A stretch of DNA of 29,397 bases, taken from positions 1 to 29,397 of IMG/VR virus record IMGVR_UViG_3300048886_000270; one strand, given 5' to 3'. Position numbers and translations under genes: made by a program. This document shows positions 1-8,708 of the stretch, piece after piece. The number at the start of each line of letters is the position of its first letter. The first letter of the stretch is position 1. The DNA is from a virus. Its lineage: Duplodnaviria; Caudoviricetes. Below the pieces are notes generated by a model. That model made no database searches and was not told the origin of the DNA. It worked only from the letters and a program-made list of their open reading frames with translations.

Positions 1-579
1 ATAAGGGACAACATCACCTTCTCAGTCGCTCAAAAGAGATTCGGCCAGTTCAAGACAGAAAAGTTGATAACCGAGTTTGGGTATCAGTTGTTACTTGAGA
101 CTGGTGATATGATAAAACTAGAAGATGCTGTAGGTGATAATTACACAATCACCCTCACCCGACCCATGGAAGGTGACCTGATATATTTTCCAATGGTGGG
201 CAAACTCTTTGAAGTGAAATTCGTGGAACATGAGGTTGTGTTCTATGCGATGGGTGCATTACAGACGTATGATTTGCGTTGTGAATTATTTACATATGCA
301 TCAGAAAGACTCGGCACAGGTGATGCTACTATTGACGCAATTGAGACAACATATTCTACTGACATGTTGTTCTACGAGATGTTACTGGAAGACGAAACAC
401 CGGGTGCTAGTGCTGGTGACAAACTACTTCTTGAGGACGGTGGCTCCATGATTAGTGAATCTTACCGTGTTGAAACATTTGACAAGGGTGCTAATACGGA
501 ATTCTTCGGCACTAAAGTACTATCTGATGAGATTGTTGATTTCTCAGAATGGAATCCTTTTGGGGATAATATTTACTAA
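1..579 (+). CDS. gp14: Neck protein gp14 (5'-truncated by the window edge)
   Basis: Frame 1 is open from base 1 (IRDNITFSVAQKRF...), so the true start is upstream of the window. gp14-type motifs: RPMEGDLIYFP, LFEVKFVEHE, YDLRCELF, C-terminal DFSEWNPFG. Directly upstream of gp15. Confidence 0.9.
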   Translation: MRDNITFSVAQKRFGQFKTEKLITEFGYQLLLETGDMIKLEDAVGDNYTITLTRPMEGDLIYFPMVGKLFEVKFVEHEVVFYAMGALQTYDLRCELFTYASERLGTGDATIDAIETTYSTDMLFYEMLLEDETPGASAGDKLLLEDGGSMISESYRVETFDKGANTEFFGTKVLSDEIVDFSEWNPFGDNIY

Positions 580-1487
580 TGGGTTTTGCAGGAAACAAAT
601 ACTACGACCATGGCATACTTAAAAAATATGTTATTGCATTTGGTAACTTGTTCAATGATATAGGTATTGAACGTTCTGACTCTTCAGGTACAAGAGTACA
701 AAGTATACCTGTGCCTTTATCATATGCTCCTAAGGAGAAATTCATAGCAAGACTTAGACAGGACCCAACTTTATCTAAGGATGTTGCACTTCAATTACCC
801 AGAATGGGATTTGAATTAACATCTATGACATATGCGGCAAATAGGAAAATCAACACCATACAGAGAAATGTCAAAGGTAGCACCACAGACCCCCAAAAAC
901 TAATATCACAATATGCACCTGTACCATATGATTTGAATTTTTCTCTGTTTATTATGGTAAAAAATTCTAGTGATGCTACGAAAATAATGGAACAAATATT
1001 GCCATTTTTTACACCAGAATGGACAATTGCTATTAATACGATACCAGAAATCGGCCGGGTTGATGATACACCTATTATATTAACATCAGTTACGTCGGAA
1101 GATGTATATGAAGGAGATTTTGATACCAGAAGGTCTCTTATTTGGACGTTAGAATTTGTTCTGAAGGGTAATATATATGGTCCGTTGACCACTTCAGGTA
1201 TTATCAAGAAAATCATTATTGATTTCCCGGTCGGAAGTGGTTACATTAAAGATGGTGTATGGGTACCTAGTGGTAATGTTACACCTGAAATTATTTCAAC
1301 TACCGGTAGGTCAGAAAGAATAACCATACAACCGGGGTTGACAGCCGCTAATACTCCAACCAGCAATACTACTGCTTCAGTTGCATACACAACAATTCAA
1401 GCAACAGATAATTTTGGATTTGCTATTGATTTTGAACATTATGATGATGGATTAAAACGTAATCCAGCTACCGGTGTGGACGAATAA
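579..1487 (+). CDS. gp15: Tail sheath stabilizer / tail terminator gp15
   Basis: Motifs AFGNLFNDI, VPLSYAPKEKF, LPRMGFE, PVPY, EQILPFFTP, YEGDF..RR..IWTL. Synteny 14-15-16-17. ATG overlaps the gp14 stop (TAATG). Confidence 0.92.
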   Translation: MGFAGNKYYDHGILKKYVIAFGNLFNDIGIERSDSSGTRVQSIPVPLSYAPKEKFIARLRQDPTLSKDVALQLPRMGFELTSMTYAANRKINTIQRNVKGSTTDPQKLISQYAPVPYDLNFSLFIMVKNSSDATKIMEQILPFFTPEWTIAINTIPEIGRVDDTPIILTSVTSEDVYEGDFDTRRSLIWTLEFVLKGNIYGPLTTSGIIKKIIIDFPVGSGYIKDGVWVPSGNVTPEIISTTGRSERITIQPGLTAANTPTSNTTASVAYTTIQATDNFGFAIDFEHYDDGLKRNPATGVDE

Positions 1488-1488
1488 T

Positions 1489-1496
1489 AATAAATA
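1489..1496 (+). promoter_or_regulatory. Probable T4-type late promoter variant (AATAAATA)
   Basis: One mismatch to TATAAATA; intergenic, about 30 nt upstream of the ORF at 1525. Confidence 0.5.
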
Positions 1497-1524
1497 GTAG
1501 AAAGAAACAAGAAGGATTAAACTA

Positions 1525-1893
1525 ATGGCTAACGACTTACCAGACTATATGGAAGGATTTGAATCGGAAGACTTCGATTGGGGATTTACCGCAGTTAGTG
1601 AAAAACCAAAAGAAGTTACACAACCTTCAGCTACCGATACGACTTTAGCCTCAGATGTCTCTGCTATCAAGGCATTGACAAATGAACTAATGCAGAGGGT
1701 TGGTGAACAAGATGCATTAACAGCAGGAGTTGTTGATGAAAATGTTAAAGCAAGATTTAGGGAGCTCGAAAGAATCGTCCTACCATTCTTATACAATTTA
1801 GGTAAGAGTGAGGAACCGTATATACATTGGCCCAATCGTGGTCCAATTATTAAGGCTCAGATGGAAAAGATTTTGAAACTAACCAGAGGTTAA
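1525..1893 (+). CDS. Hypothetical protein of T4-like phages
   Basis: 122 aa ORF with AAGGA RBS that fills the gp15-gp16 gap. Contains DFDWGFTAV and LPFLYNL..YIHWPNR, motifs I recall from hypothetical proteins of marine T4-like phages. Confidence 0.8.
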   Translation: MANDLPDYMEGFESEDFDWGFTAVSEKPKEVTQPSATDTTLASDVSAIKALTNELMQRVGEQDALTAGVVDENVKARFRELERIVLPFLYNLGKSEEPYIHWPNRGPIIKAQMEKILKLTRG

Positions 1894-1895
1894 TA

Positions 1896-2321
1896 ATGGT
1901 TAAAAACACATTTGAAAAGAACATGGAAGACATATTTGATTTACCTGAATCGGAAGTAAAAAAGGTTCATGGTGAAGTGTTGCCTCCAGAAGACATGAAG
2001 GATGTGCAGTCTGAGAATGAAATCCAAGCCGATTATAAAATCGCTAGAGAGAACCTGCGTAGTATTATCAACAAAGGTAACACCGCAATAGATTCCTTGA
2101 CTGATTTGGCAACGGCAAGTGAACACCCTCGGTCGTTTGAGGCTCTCAGTGCCCTCATGAAAACGTGTGCTGATGCGTCTAAAGACTTACTGAGTGTCCA
2201 ACAACAGAAGAAAGATGTACTCCAGACCGATAAGGATGACCCCCAAAATGTGACCAATGCTGTGTTTATCGGTTCTACTAAAGAGTTACAAAAAATGTTA
2301 AAAGACCAATCCGATGAATGA
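1896..2321 (+). CDS. gp16: Terminase small subunit gp16
   Basis: DY..ARENL...I..G..A...L...A..SEHPR.FE and C-terminal NAVFIGST.ELQKML. Overlaps the gp17 start. Confidence 0.92.
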   Translation: MVKNTFEKNMEDIFDLPESEVKKVHGEVLPPEDMKDVQSENEIQADYKIARENLRSIINKGNTAIDSLTDLATASEHPRSFEALSALMKTCADASKDLLSVQQQKKDVLQTDKDDPQNVTNAVFIGSTKELQKMLKDQSDE

Positions 2322-3972
2322 ATTTTTTGGGTTTAAAGGAAATAAAAACCTCAAAAGAGAAGGTGAACGGGTAGCGTTTACGAAAGAAAACATCATGGAA
2401 TACCAAAAATGTTCTAAAGATGTGGTTCATTTCATCCGAAATTACATCAAAATTGTTACTGTTGACGAGGGTCTTGTGCCATTTGATATGTATGATTTCC
2501 AAGAAGATACCATAAACACTTTCAATTCAAACAGGCATGTTATATGTAAATGGCCCCGCCAGAGTGGTAAGTCTGTCACAAGCCTTGCATATATGTTATG
2601 GTTGGTGCTATTTAATGATTATTACAAAATTGCTATCTTTGCTAACAAAGGCGAGTTGGCAAGAGAGTTGTTAGGCAGGTTGAAACTTGCCTATGAATGG
2701 TTACCTAAATGGTTACAACAAGGTGTTTTAGAATGGAATAAGGGTAGTATTGAACTTGAAAACAAGTCTAAAATAATTGCATCTGGGACAACTGAAAGTT
2801 CTGGTCGAGGAGATACGTATAATCTAGTTTTCCTTGACGAACTTGCCCACATTCACAACAATTTGGTTGAAAATTTCTTTAAATCTACATACCCTACCAT
2901 TTCTTCTGGTGATACTTCTAAGACTATTATAGTTTCTACTCCAAAGGGCATGAACATGTATTATCGTCTTTGGTCGGATGCGTTAGACCAAAGAAATGAG
3001 TATATACCTATTGATGTCCATTGGAGTCAGATACCCGGTAGAGATAAGGCGTGGAAAGAACAGGTTATCAAGAACACCAACAAAGACCAGTGGGCGCAAG
3101 AGTTTGGGTGTGAGTTTATCGGGTCAACCAACACACTTATCCAACCCTCAAAACTTCGTACTATGGCATTCAAACCACCTATAGACACCTGGTATGACTT
3201 TGAAGTCTATGAACGTCCAGAACAGGGGCACACGTACATGTGTAATGTTGATGTGTCTCATGGTCAAGGATTGGATCATCAAGCCCTAACCATGATTGAC
3301 ATTACAGAAATGCCCTACAAATTTGTTGGTAAGTTGTATAAACGAGACTTGTCGCCTTTATTGTATCCTGATATCATCCAGAAAGTTGCGAAAGCATATA
3401 ATGAGGCATTTGTCCTTGTAGAAAACAATGAGATTGGATTGTCAGTTGCTCAAGCTCTGAACTTTGAATTTGAATACGAAAACGTTCTTATGACTACATT
3501 CCATGGTCGAAATGGTCAAAAACTTGGTGGTGGTTTTGCTGGTACCAAATCACAATTCGGTGTCAAGACTACACCCCAAGTCAAAAAGATTGGTTGTTCA
3601 AACCTCAAAGACCTTATAGAAAAAGACCAATTGATTATCGAAGACTTTGAAACCATAGCAGAACTGACGACTTTCGTGTCGAATGGTAAATCATTTGCAG
3701 CTGAAGAAGGTGCTAATGACGATTTGGTTATGTCATTGGTGATCTTTGCTTGGGCCGCCGGTCAAGGGTATTTCAAAGAGATGACAGATTCAGATATTAG
3801 AGAGAGACTTTATGCTCAAAAGATGCAACAAATGGAGGATTATATGACACCATTTGGTATTATTGATGATGGTCAAGTAGAAACCCACATTGTAGATAAT
3901 ACAGGTCAGAGGTGGGAAATCGACCAAGAAAGAAAAGATATTGCCGATGATCCTAAATGGATGTGGAGATAA
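2314..3972 (+). CDS. gp17: Terminase large subunit gp17
   Basis: Adenine-binding YDFQ, Walker A PRQSGKS, Walker B LVFLDE, coupling motif STPKG, nuclease acidic residues (VDVSHG.G.D, ENN, NDDLVM). Confidence 0.97.
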   Translation: MNEFFGFKGNKNLKREGERVAFTKENIMEYQKCSKDVVHFIRNYIKIVTVDEGLVPFDMYDFQEDTINTFNSNRHVICKWPRQSGKSVTSLAYMLWLVLFNDYYKIAIFANKGELARELLGRLKLAYEWLPKWLQQGVLEWNKGSIELENKSKIIASGTTESSGRGDTYNLVFLDELAHIHNNLVENFFKSTYPTISSGDTSKTIIVSTPKGMNMYYRLWSDALDQRNEYIPIDVHWSQIPGRDKAWKEQVIKNTNKDQWAQEFGCEFIGSTNTLIQPSKLRTMAFKPPIDTWYDFEVYERPEQGHTYMCNVDVSHGQGLDHQALTMIDITEMPYKFVGKLYKRDLSPLLYPDIIQKVAKAYNEAFVLVENNEIGLSVAQALNFEFEYENVLMTTFHGRNGQKLGGGFAGTKSQFGVKTTPQVKKIGCSNLKDLIEKDQLIIEDFETIAELTTFVSNGKSFAAEEGANDDLVMSLVIFAWAAGQGYFKEMTDSDIRERLYAQKMQQMEDYMTPFGIIDDGQVETHIVDNTGQRWEIDQERKDIADDPKWMWR

Positions 3973-3991
3973 ACCTTTAATACCTGTATTT

Positions 3992-3999
3992 TATAAATA
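3992..3999 (+). promoter_or_regulatory. T4-type late promoter (gp55-dependent) for gp18
   Basis: Exact TATAAATA in the intergenic region; GAGGAG RBS follows. Confidence 0.88.
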
Positions 4000-4051
4000 A
4001 AAGAAGTAAACATATAAGAGTTTATAATTAGATAACGAGGAGAATAAAACG

Positions 4052-5968
4052 ATGGCGTTTCAAATCAGTCCGGGCGTTAATGTTAGTGAAATTGACTTAA
4101 CCACTATTATTCCTGCTGTTAGCACTACTGAAGGTGCTGCTGTCGGCGAATTTCTTTGGGGTCCTTTAAATGAAAGAGTTCTTTTAGATTCAGAAGACCG
4201 ATTAGTTGCAAGATTCTGGAAACCCGATAATAATATTGCAAATCGTTGGTTTACTTCTGCTAACTTTCTTTCGTATGGCAATGCCTTATACCAAGTTCGT
4301 GTAGCATCCGAAGGTTCAAATAGTACCTATAATGCCACGTCCGAAGCAACTACAGGAAGTAACACCGCAGGTGCTGGTTTCCTTGTAAAGAATGATGATG
4401 ATTATGAAGATAATTGGGATGATGGTACACTCAATTGTGGTGAATGGATTGCAAAATATCCAGGAACACTAGGCAATTCACTTAAAGTTTCTATGTGTCC
4501 GTCGTCTGCTGCTTATGAAAGCACACTAACGGGTACCGTTACAGTTACAGCTAATTCAACAACTGTAACTGGTAGTGGTACATCTTTCGTTGGTGAAGTA
4601 GAAGTTGGTGATCTGCTTACCATTTTTGGTAAGGAGATTAAAGTTAGTGCTGTTGGTAACACAATCTCACTGACCCTTGCTTCTGCTCACTCAAATGGTG
4701 CATCAGGAGTTGCAGTAACCCGTAGGTGGGAATATCACAATCTTGTTGATACTGCACCAGGAACTTCAGCATATGCAAACAATCTTAGTGGAACAGCTGA
4801 TGAAATGCATGTCGTTGTTATAGATGAAGATGGTGACATTACTGGAACCGCTGGTCAAGTATTAGAACGGTATCCTGCTGTTTCTGCTGCTTTAGATGCA
4901 AAACAAGATGACGGCTCTACAAACTATTATAAAGAGGTCCTCAACCAACAGTCACAATGGATTCGTTGGGCAGACCATTTAACTGTTAAAACAAATGCAG
5001 GTAGTAATGCTAAAGGTGTGACATTTGGCACTCCATCCAAACCTTCAACAAGGTCATTGGCTGGTGGTCGTAGAGGAGCTGCACCTTCAAATGCAGACTT
5101 CATTAGGGGATATGATAAATTTAAAGATGCAGATGACGTTGATGTTTCATTAATTCTTGGTGGTGATGCTAACCAAACTATTGCAACACATGTTATTAAT
5201 AACATTACTGAAACAAGAAAAGACTGTGTTGTATGTCTATCTCCGCTTCGTGCTAATGTTGTTGATAATATAGGAGACGAATCGTCTGCTGTTAAAACAT
5301 ATCGTGATACATTACCTTCATCGTCTTATGCAGTTATGGATAGTGGATGGAAATATCAGTATGATAAGTATTTTGATTTATACCGATATGTTCCTCTAAA
5401 TGGTGATATTGCTGGTCTTATGGTCAGGACAGACCTTGCTAAAGACCCGTGGTGGTCACCTGCTGGCTATAATAGGGGACATGTTAAAAATGTTTATAAA
5501 CTTGCATATAATCCGGCAGCAAAAGCTGATAGGGACCGGCTTTATAAAGCAAGTGTAAATCCCATCTTAACGGTTCCTGGTCAAGGAACAGTTATGTTTG
5601 GTGATAAGACGATGCTTGCCAAGCCAAGTGCCTTTGATAGAATTAATGTCCGTAGATTGTTTATTACTTTAGAGAAAGCTATTGCAACTGCTGCTAAGTT
5701 TATGCTGTTTGAGTTCAATGATGAGTTTACTAGAGCACAGTTTAGGAATATGGTTAACCCATTCTTGAGGGATGTTCAGGGTCGTCATGGTATCACAGAC
5801 TTCCAAGTTGTTGCAGATTCAACGAATAATACACCAGAAGTTATTGCCAGAAATGAGTTCGTTGGTGACATTTATGTTGTTCCTGCTAGAGCAATTAATT
5901 TCATTCAACTAAACTTTGTGGCAGTAAGAACTGGTGTAGAATTTAGTGAAATTGTCGGAAAAATTTAA
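4052..5968 (+). CDS. gp18: Contractile tail sheath protein gp18
   Basis: N-terminal ISPGVNVSEIDLT, WGP, YPGTLGN, WWSPAG..RG, GDKT, FDRINVRRLF, FEFND..TR, INFIQLNFVA. Confidence 0.97.
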   Translation: MAFQISPGVNVSEIDLTTIIPAVSTTEGAAVGEFLWGPLNERVLLDSEDRLVARFWKPDNNIANRWFTSANFLSYGNALYQVRVASEGSNSTYNATSEATTGSNTAGAGFLVKNDDDYEDNWDDGTLNCGEWIAKYPGTLGNSLKVSMCPSSAAYESTLTGTVTVTANSTTVTGSGTSFVGEVEVGDLLTIFGKEIKVSAVGNTISLTLASAHSNGASGVAVTRRWEYHNLVDTAPGTSAYANNLSGTADEMHVVVIDEDGDITGTAGQVLERYPAVSAALDAKQDDGSTNYYKEVLNQQSQWIRWADHLTVKTNAGSNAKGVTFGTPSKPSTRSLAGGRRGAAPSNADFIRGYDKFKDADDVDVSLILGGDANQTIATHVINNITETRKDCVVCLSPLRANVVDNIGDESSAVKTYRDTLPSSSYAVMDSGWKYQYDKYFDLYRYVPLNGDIAGLMVRTDLAKDPWWSPAGYNRGHVKNVYKLAYNPAAKADRDRLYKASVNPILTVPGQGTVMFGDKTMLAKPSAFDRINVRRLFITLEKAIATAAKFMLFEFNDEFTRAQFRNMVNPFLRDVQGRHGITDFQVVADSTNNTPEVIARNEFVGDIYVVPARAINFIQLNFVAVRTGVEFSEIVGKI

Positions 5969-5986
5969 TTAAGAACGGTTTTGTTA

Positions 5987-5994
5987 TATAAATA
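5987..5994 (+). promoter_or_regulatory. T4-type late promoter for gp19
   Basis: Exact TATAAATA, intergenic; GAGGAG RBS follows. Confidence 0.88.
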
Positions 5995-6031
5995 ATGATA
6001 GAACCTATAAAGATAGAGGAGATAAACAAAA

Positions 6032-6637
6032 ATGGCATTTAATATTGATACTTTTAAAGGAGTTCTACCAGGTGGCGGCGCTAGACCAACTTTATTCTCA
6101 GTAGAATTGACCGGCGCTGAGTACTACAAGGTACCATTTCTGGCAAAAGCCGCAAGCCTTCCAGCTTCTACTTTAGGTACTATTGAACTTAGTTACTTTG
6201 GTCGTAAAGTTAAAGTAGCAGGAGATAGGACTTATGCTGAATGGAGTATTACAATCATTAATGATGAAGATTTTACAATCCGCAACGGATTAGAAAATTG
6301 GCACGCCAAAGTAAATCACGCCAGCTCTAATCTCCGATCCATGACCAACTATAAATCTGATGCTAAAGTACATCAGTATGGAAAGACTGGAAATAAGATA
6401 AGGACATATAATTTTGTTGGACTATGGCCATCAGAGATTGGAGCTATTGAATTGGCATGGGATACAAACGACGCCGTAGAAGAATATACTGTTACTCTCC
6501 AATATGATTACTGGACTGTGGGAACAGGTGCCGGAGGCATTACATGGAACGCCGGAGTCGAGAGCGGCGGCGTGAGTGCTAGAATTGACGATTCTGGAGC
6601 CCAGATATCCGGTGGAAGCTGGGGCGTCTCCATATAG
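6032..6637 (+). CDS. gp19: Tail tube protein gp19 with a Gly-rich C-terminal extension
   Basis: GGARPTLF, KAASLP, GRKVKVAGDRTY..W.IT..NDEDF, WP..IG.IEL.WD, EEYTVT.QYDYW. Lies between gp18 and gp20. Confidence 0.95.
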   Translation: MAFNIDTFKGVLPGGGARPTLFSVELTGAEYYKVPFLAKAASLPASTLGTIELSYFGRKVKVAGDRTYAEWSITIINDEDFTIRNGLENWHAKVNHASSNLRSMTNYKSDAKVHQYGKTGNKIRTYNFVGLWPSEIGAIELAWDTNDAVEEYTVTLQYDYWTVGTGAGGITWNAGVESGGVSARIDDSGAQISGGSWGVSI

Positions 6638-6681
6638 CGATAAACCGCCTAACTACGGTTTTTCCAAAACTTAGTGAGTTT

Positions 6682-6719
6682 TATAGGGGCATTACTATAT
6701 AAATAGTAATGTCCCTATA
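6682..6719. repeat. 17-bp inverted repeat with a 4-nt loop, centred on the gp20 late promoter
   Basis: Left arm TATAGGGGCATTACTAT (6682-6698), loop ATAA, right arm ATAGTAATGTCCCTATA (6703-6719). One G.T pair, otherwise perfect. Confidence 0.85.
6698..6705 (+). promoter_or_regulatory. T4-type late promoter for gp20
   Basis: Exact TATAAATA about 40 nt upstream of the portal ATG. Confidence 0.85.
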
Positions 6720-6746
6720 TTCGTATTAGCATAAAGAGATTAAAAT

Positions 6747-8408
6747 ATGGCATTTGAATTATTCGGTTTTAGTGTATCCCGCCCAGTAAAAGACAAAAAA
6801 CGACAAGATAGAGTAAAATCTTTTGCTCCTCCCGCTAAAGATGATGGTGCAATTGTTGTTGCTGAAGGTGGAGCCTTTGGTACATATGTTAATATGGATG
6901 GTGCTGGGAAACTTAAAAACGAAGCACAACTCATCACCAAATACAGAGCCCTTTCATTACAACCAGAAGCAGAACTAGCAATTGATGACATTGTTAATGA
7001 AGCAATTGTCATGCAAAAAAATGCTCCTCCAATTGAAATTAATCTAGATGATTTAGAACAACCAAAGAAAATCAAAGATAAGATTAAAGACGAATTTGAA
7101 CATATCATGCAACTGTTGGACTTCAATAATGAAGGATATGACATTTTCAAACGATGGTATGTTGATGGTAGGTTGTATTACCACATAATGATTGATGAAC
7201 AGAAACCCCGCAAGGGTATTATGGAACTCAGGTATATTGACCCCCGAAAAATCCGAAAAATTAGACAAGAAATACCAGATAAAACAAGGATGATAAAGGG
7301 TAGTGTTGGTAACCTTTCCACCCACTTCAACAAAAAGATCAACGAGTTTTTCGTGTATAACGAACAGGGGTTGGTGGACAACCCCGAAGGTCTGAAAATC
7401 TCTAAAGACTCCATCTGTTATGTAACGTCTGGTCTGATTGACGAGAGGGCCGTTGCAGTATTATCACACCTACATAAAGCTCTAAAACCCATGAATGTAT
7501 TGAGATGGATGGAAGATGCAGTTGCAATCTATCGTATCTCTAGAGCACCAGAAAGACGTATTTTCTACATTGACGTTGGTAACCTCCCAAAAATGAAGGC
7601 TGAGCAGTACCTACGAGACATGATGGTGAAGCATAAAAACAAGTTGGTTTATGATTCTACTACAGGTGAAGTTAGAGATGACCGAAAGTTTATGACCATG
7701 CTGGAAGACTTTTGGCTTCCCCGCCGAGAAGGTGGTAAAGGAACTGAAATCTCTACACTCCCAGGTGGTCAAAACCTTGGTGAAATTGAAGACATTCAAT
7801 TCTTCCTGAACAAATTATATAAGGCCTTAAATGTCCCTGTGTCCAGGTTAGACACCGAAAACAGTATGTTTAATATCGGCAGAGCTTCAGAAATCACTAG
7901 AGATGAACTTAAATTTTCTAAATTTGTTAATAGAATACGTTCAAGATTTTCTATTCTATTCGACGAATTACTTGAAACACAACTTATTCTTAAAGGCGTC
8001 ACCAACAAAAAAGATTGGAAGACTATCAAAGAGCAAATCCATTATGATTTCAAACGGGACAACTACTTTGAAGAACTGAAAAACCATGAAATGCTCCGAG
8101 GAAGGTTTGAAATTTTAACTGAAGTTGATAACTATATTGGTCGTTATTTCTCTATTGAATGGGTTAAAAAGCAAATTCTTATGCAAACTGATGATGATAT
8201 TGAGGATATGGACAAACAAATGAAGATAGAAAAAGGTGAAGGTGAAGATGGTGAAGATAATGATGATAACTTTGGATCATTCGGAGGTGCAGAGTTCCCA
8301 GCTGGATCTCCAGCACCAGCCTCTGCGGAATATATTCCAACGGGACCTGAACTTAAAGAAGTAACAAATACCAAATTACGTAAAACCAATGGTAATGATA
8401 AAAAGTGA
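6747..8408 (+). CDS. gp20: Portal protein gp20
   Basis: LFGF, AIDDIVNE, RWYVDGR, ELRYIDPRK, YRISRAPERRIFYIDVGNLPK.KAEQY, EDFWLPRREGGKGTEI.TLPGGQNLG, EITRDELKF.KF. Confidence 0.98.
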   Translation: MAFELFGFSVSRPVKDKKRQDRVKSFAPPAKDDGAIVVAEGGAFGTYVNMDGAGKLKNEAQLITKYRALSLQPEAELAIDDIVNEAIVMQKNAPPIEINLDDLEQPKKIKDKIKDEFEHIMQLLDFNNEGYDIFKRWYVDGRLYYHIMIDEQKPRKGIMELRYIDPRKIRKIRQEIPDKTRMIKGSVGNLSTHFNKKINEFFVYNEQGLVDNPEGLKISKDSICYVTSGLIDERAVAVLSHLHKALKPMNVLRWMEDAVAIYRISRAPERRIFYIDVGNLPKMKAEQYLRDMMVKHKNKLVYDSTTGEVRDDRKFMTMLEDFWLPRREGGKGTEISTLPGGQNLGEIEDIQFFLNKLYKALNVPVSRLDTENSMFNIGRASEITRDELKFSKFVNRIRSRFSILFDELLETQLILKGVTNKKDWKTIKEQIHYDFKRDNYFEELKNHEMLRGRFEILTEVDNYIGRYFSIEWVKKQILMQTDDDIEDMDKQMKIEKGEGEDGEDNDDNFGSFGGAEFPAGSPAPASAEYIPTGPELKEVTNTKLRKTNGNDKK

Positions 8409-8412
8409 TTCT

Positions 8413-8420
8413 TATAAATA
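8413..8420 (+). promoter_or_regulatory. T4-type late promoter
   Basis: Exact TATAAATA just after the gp20 stop; AAGGAG RBS follows. Confidence 0.85.
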
Positions 8421-8447
8421 TATGATAATGGATAAGGAGAGTTAATA

Positions 8448-8708
8448 ATGGACACAAAAAATCTGATACAATCTGCTTTGGATAGCGATGCGTCAACCTT
8501 TAAAGATGGTATGAATGAAAGGATTATGTCTAAAGTTAAAGATGCTTTAGATGTAAAACGTATGGAAATCTCTGGTAATTATTTTAACAATGAACCAGAA
8601 GTTGATCCAAGTGTAGATATTGACGATAATCTTGAAACATCAACAGATGAACTTAATACTAATGTAGAAGAAAAGGAGCCTTTGGAGGACGGAGATGAAA
8701 AACTTTAG
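8448..8708 (+). CDS. Small acidic protein, putative prohead core protein (gp67 position)
   Basis: 86 aa with a strong RBS; amphipathic N-half and acidic tail; directly after the portal gene. Function inferred from position only. Confidence 0.7.
   Translation: MDTKNLIQSALDSDASTFKDGMNERIMSKVKDALDVKRMEISGNYFNNEPEVDPSVDIDDNLETSTDELNTNVEEKEPLEDGDEKL

Noticed and set aside
6642-6663. AAACCG-N8-CGGTTTTT possible terminator after gp19
   Set aside because: The stem has only three G-C pairs and a large loop; too weak to call.
6515-6719. Diversity-generating retroelement target (odd gene end followed by a hairpin)
   Set aside because: No template repeat or reverse transcriptase is in the window, and a tail tube is not a typical target.
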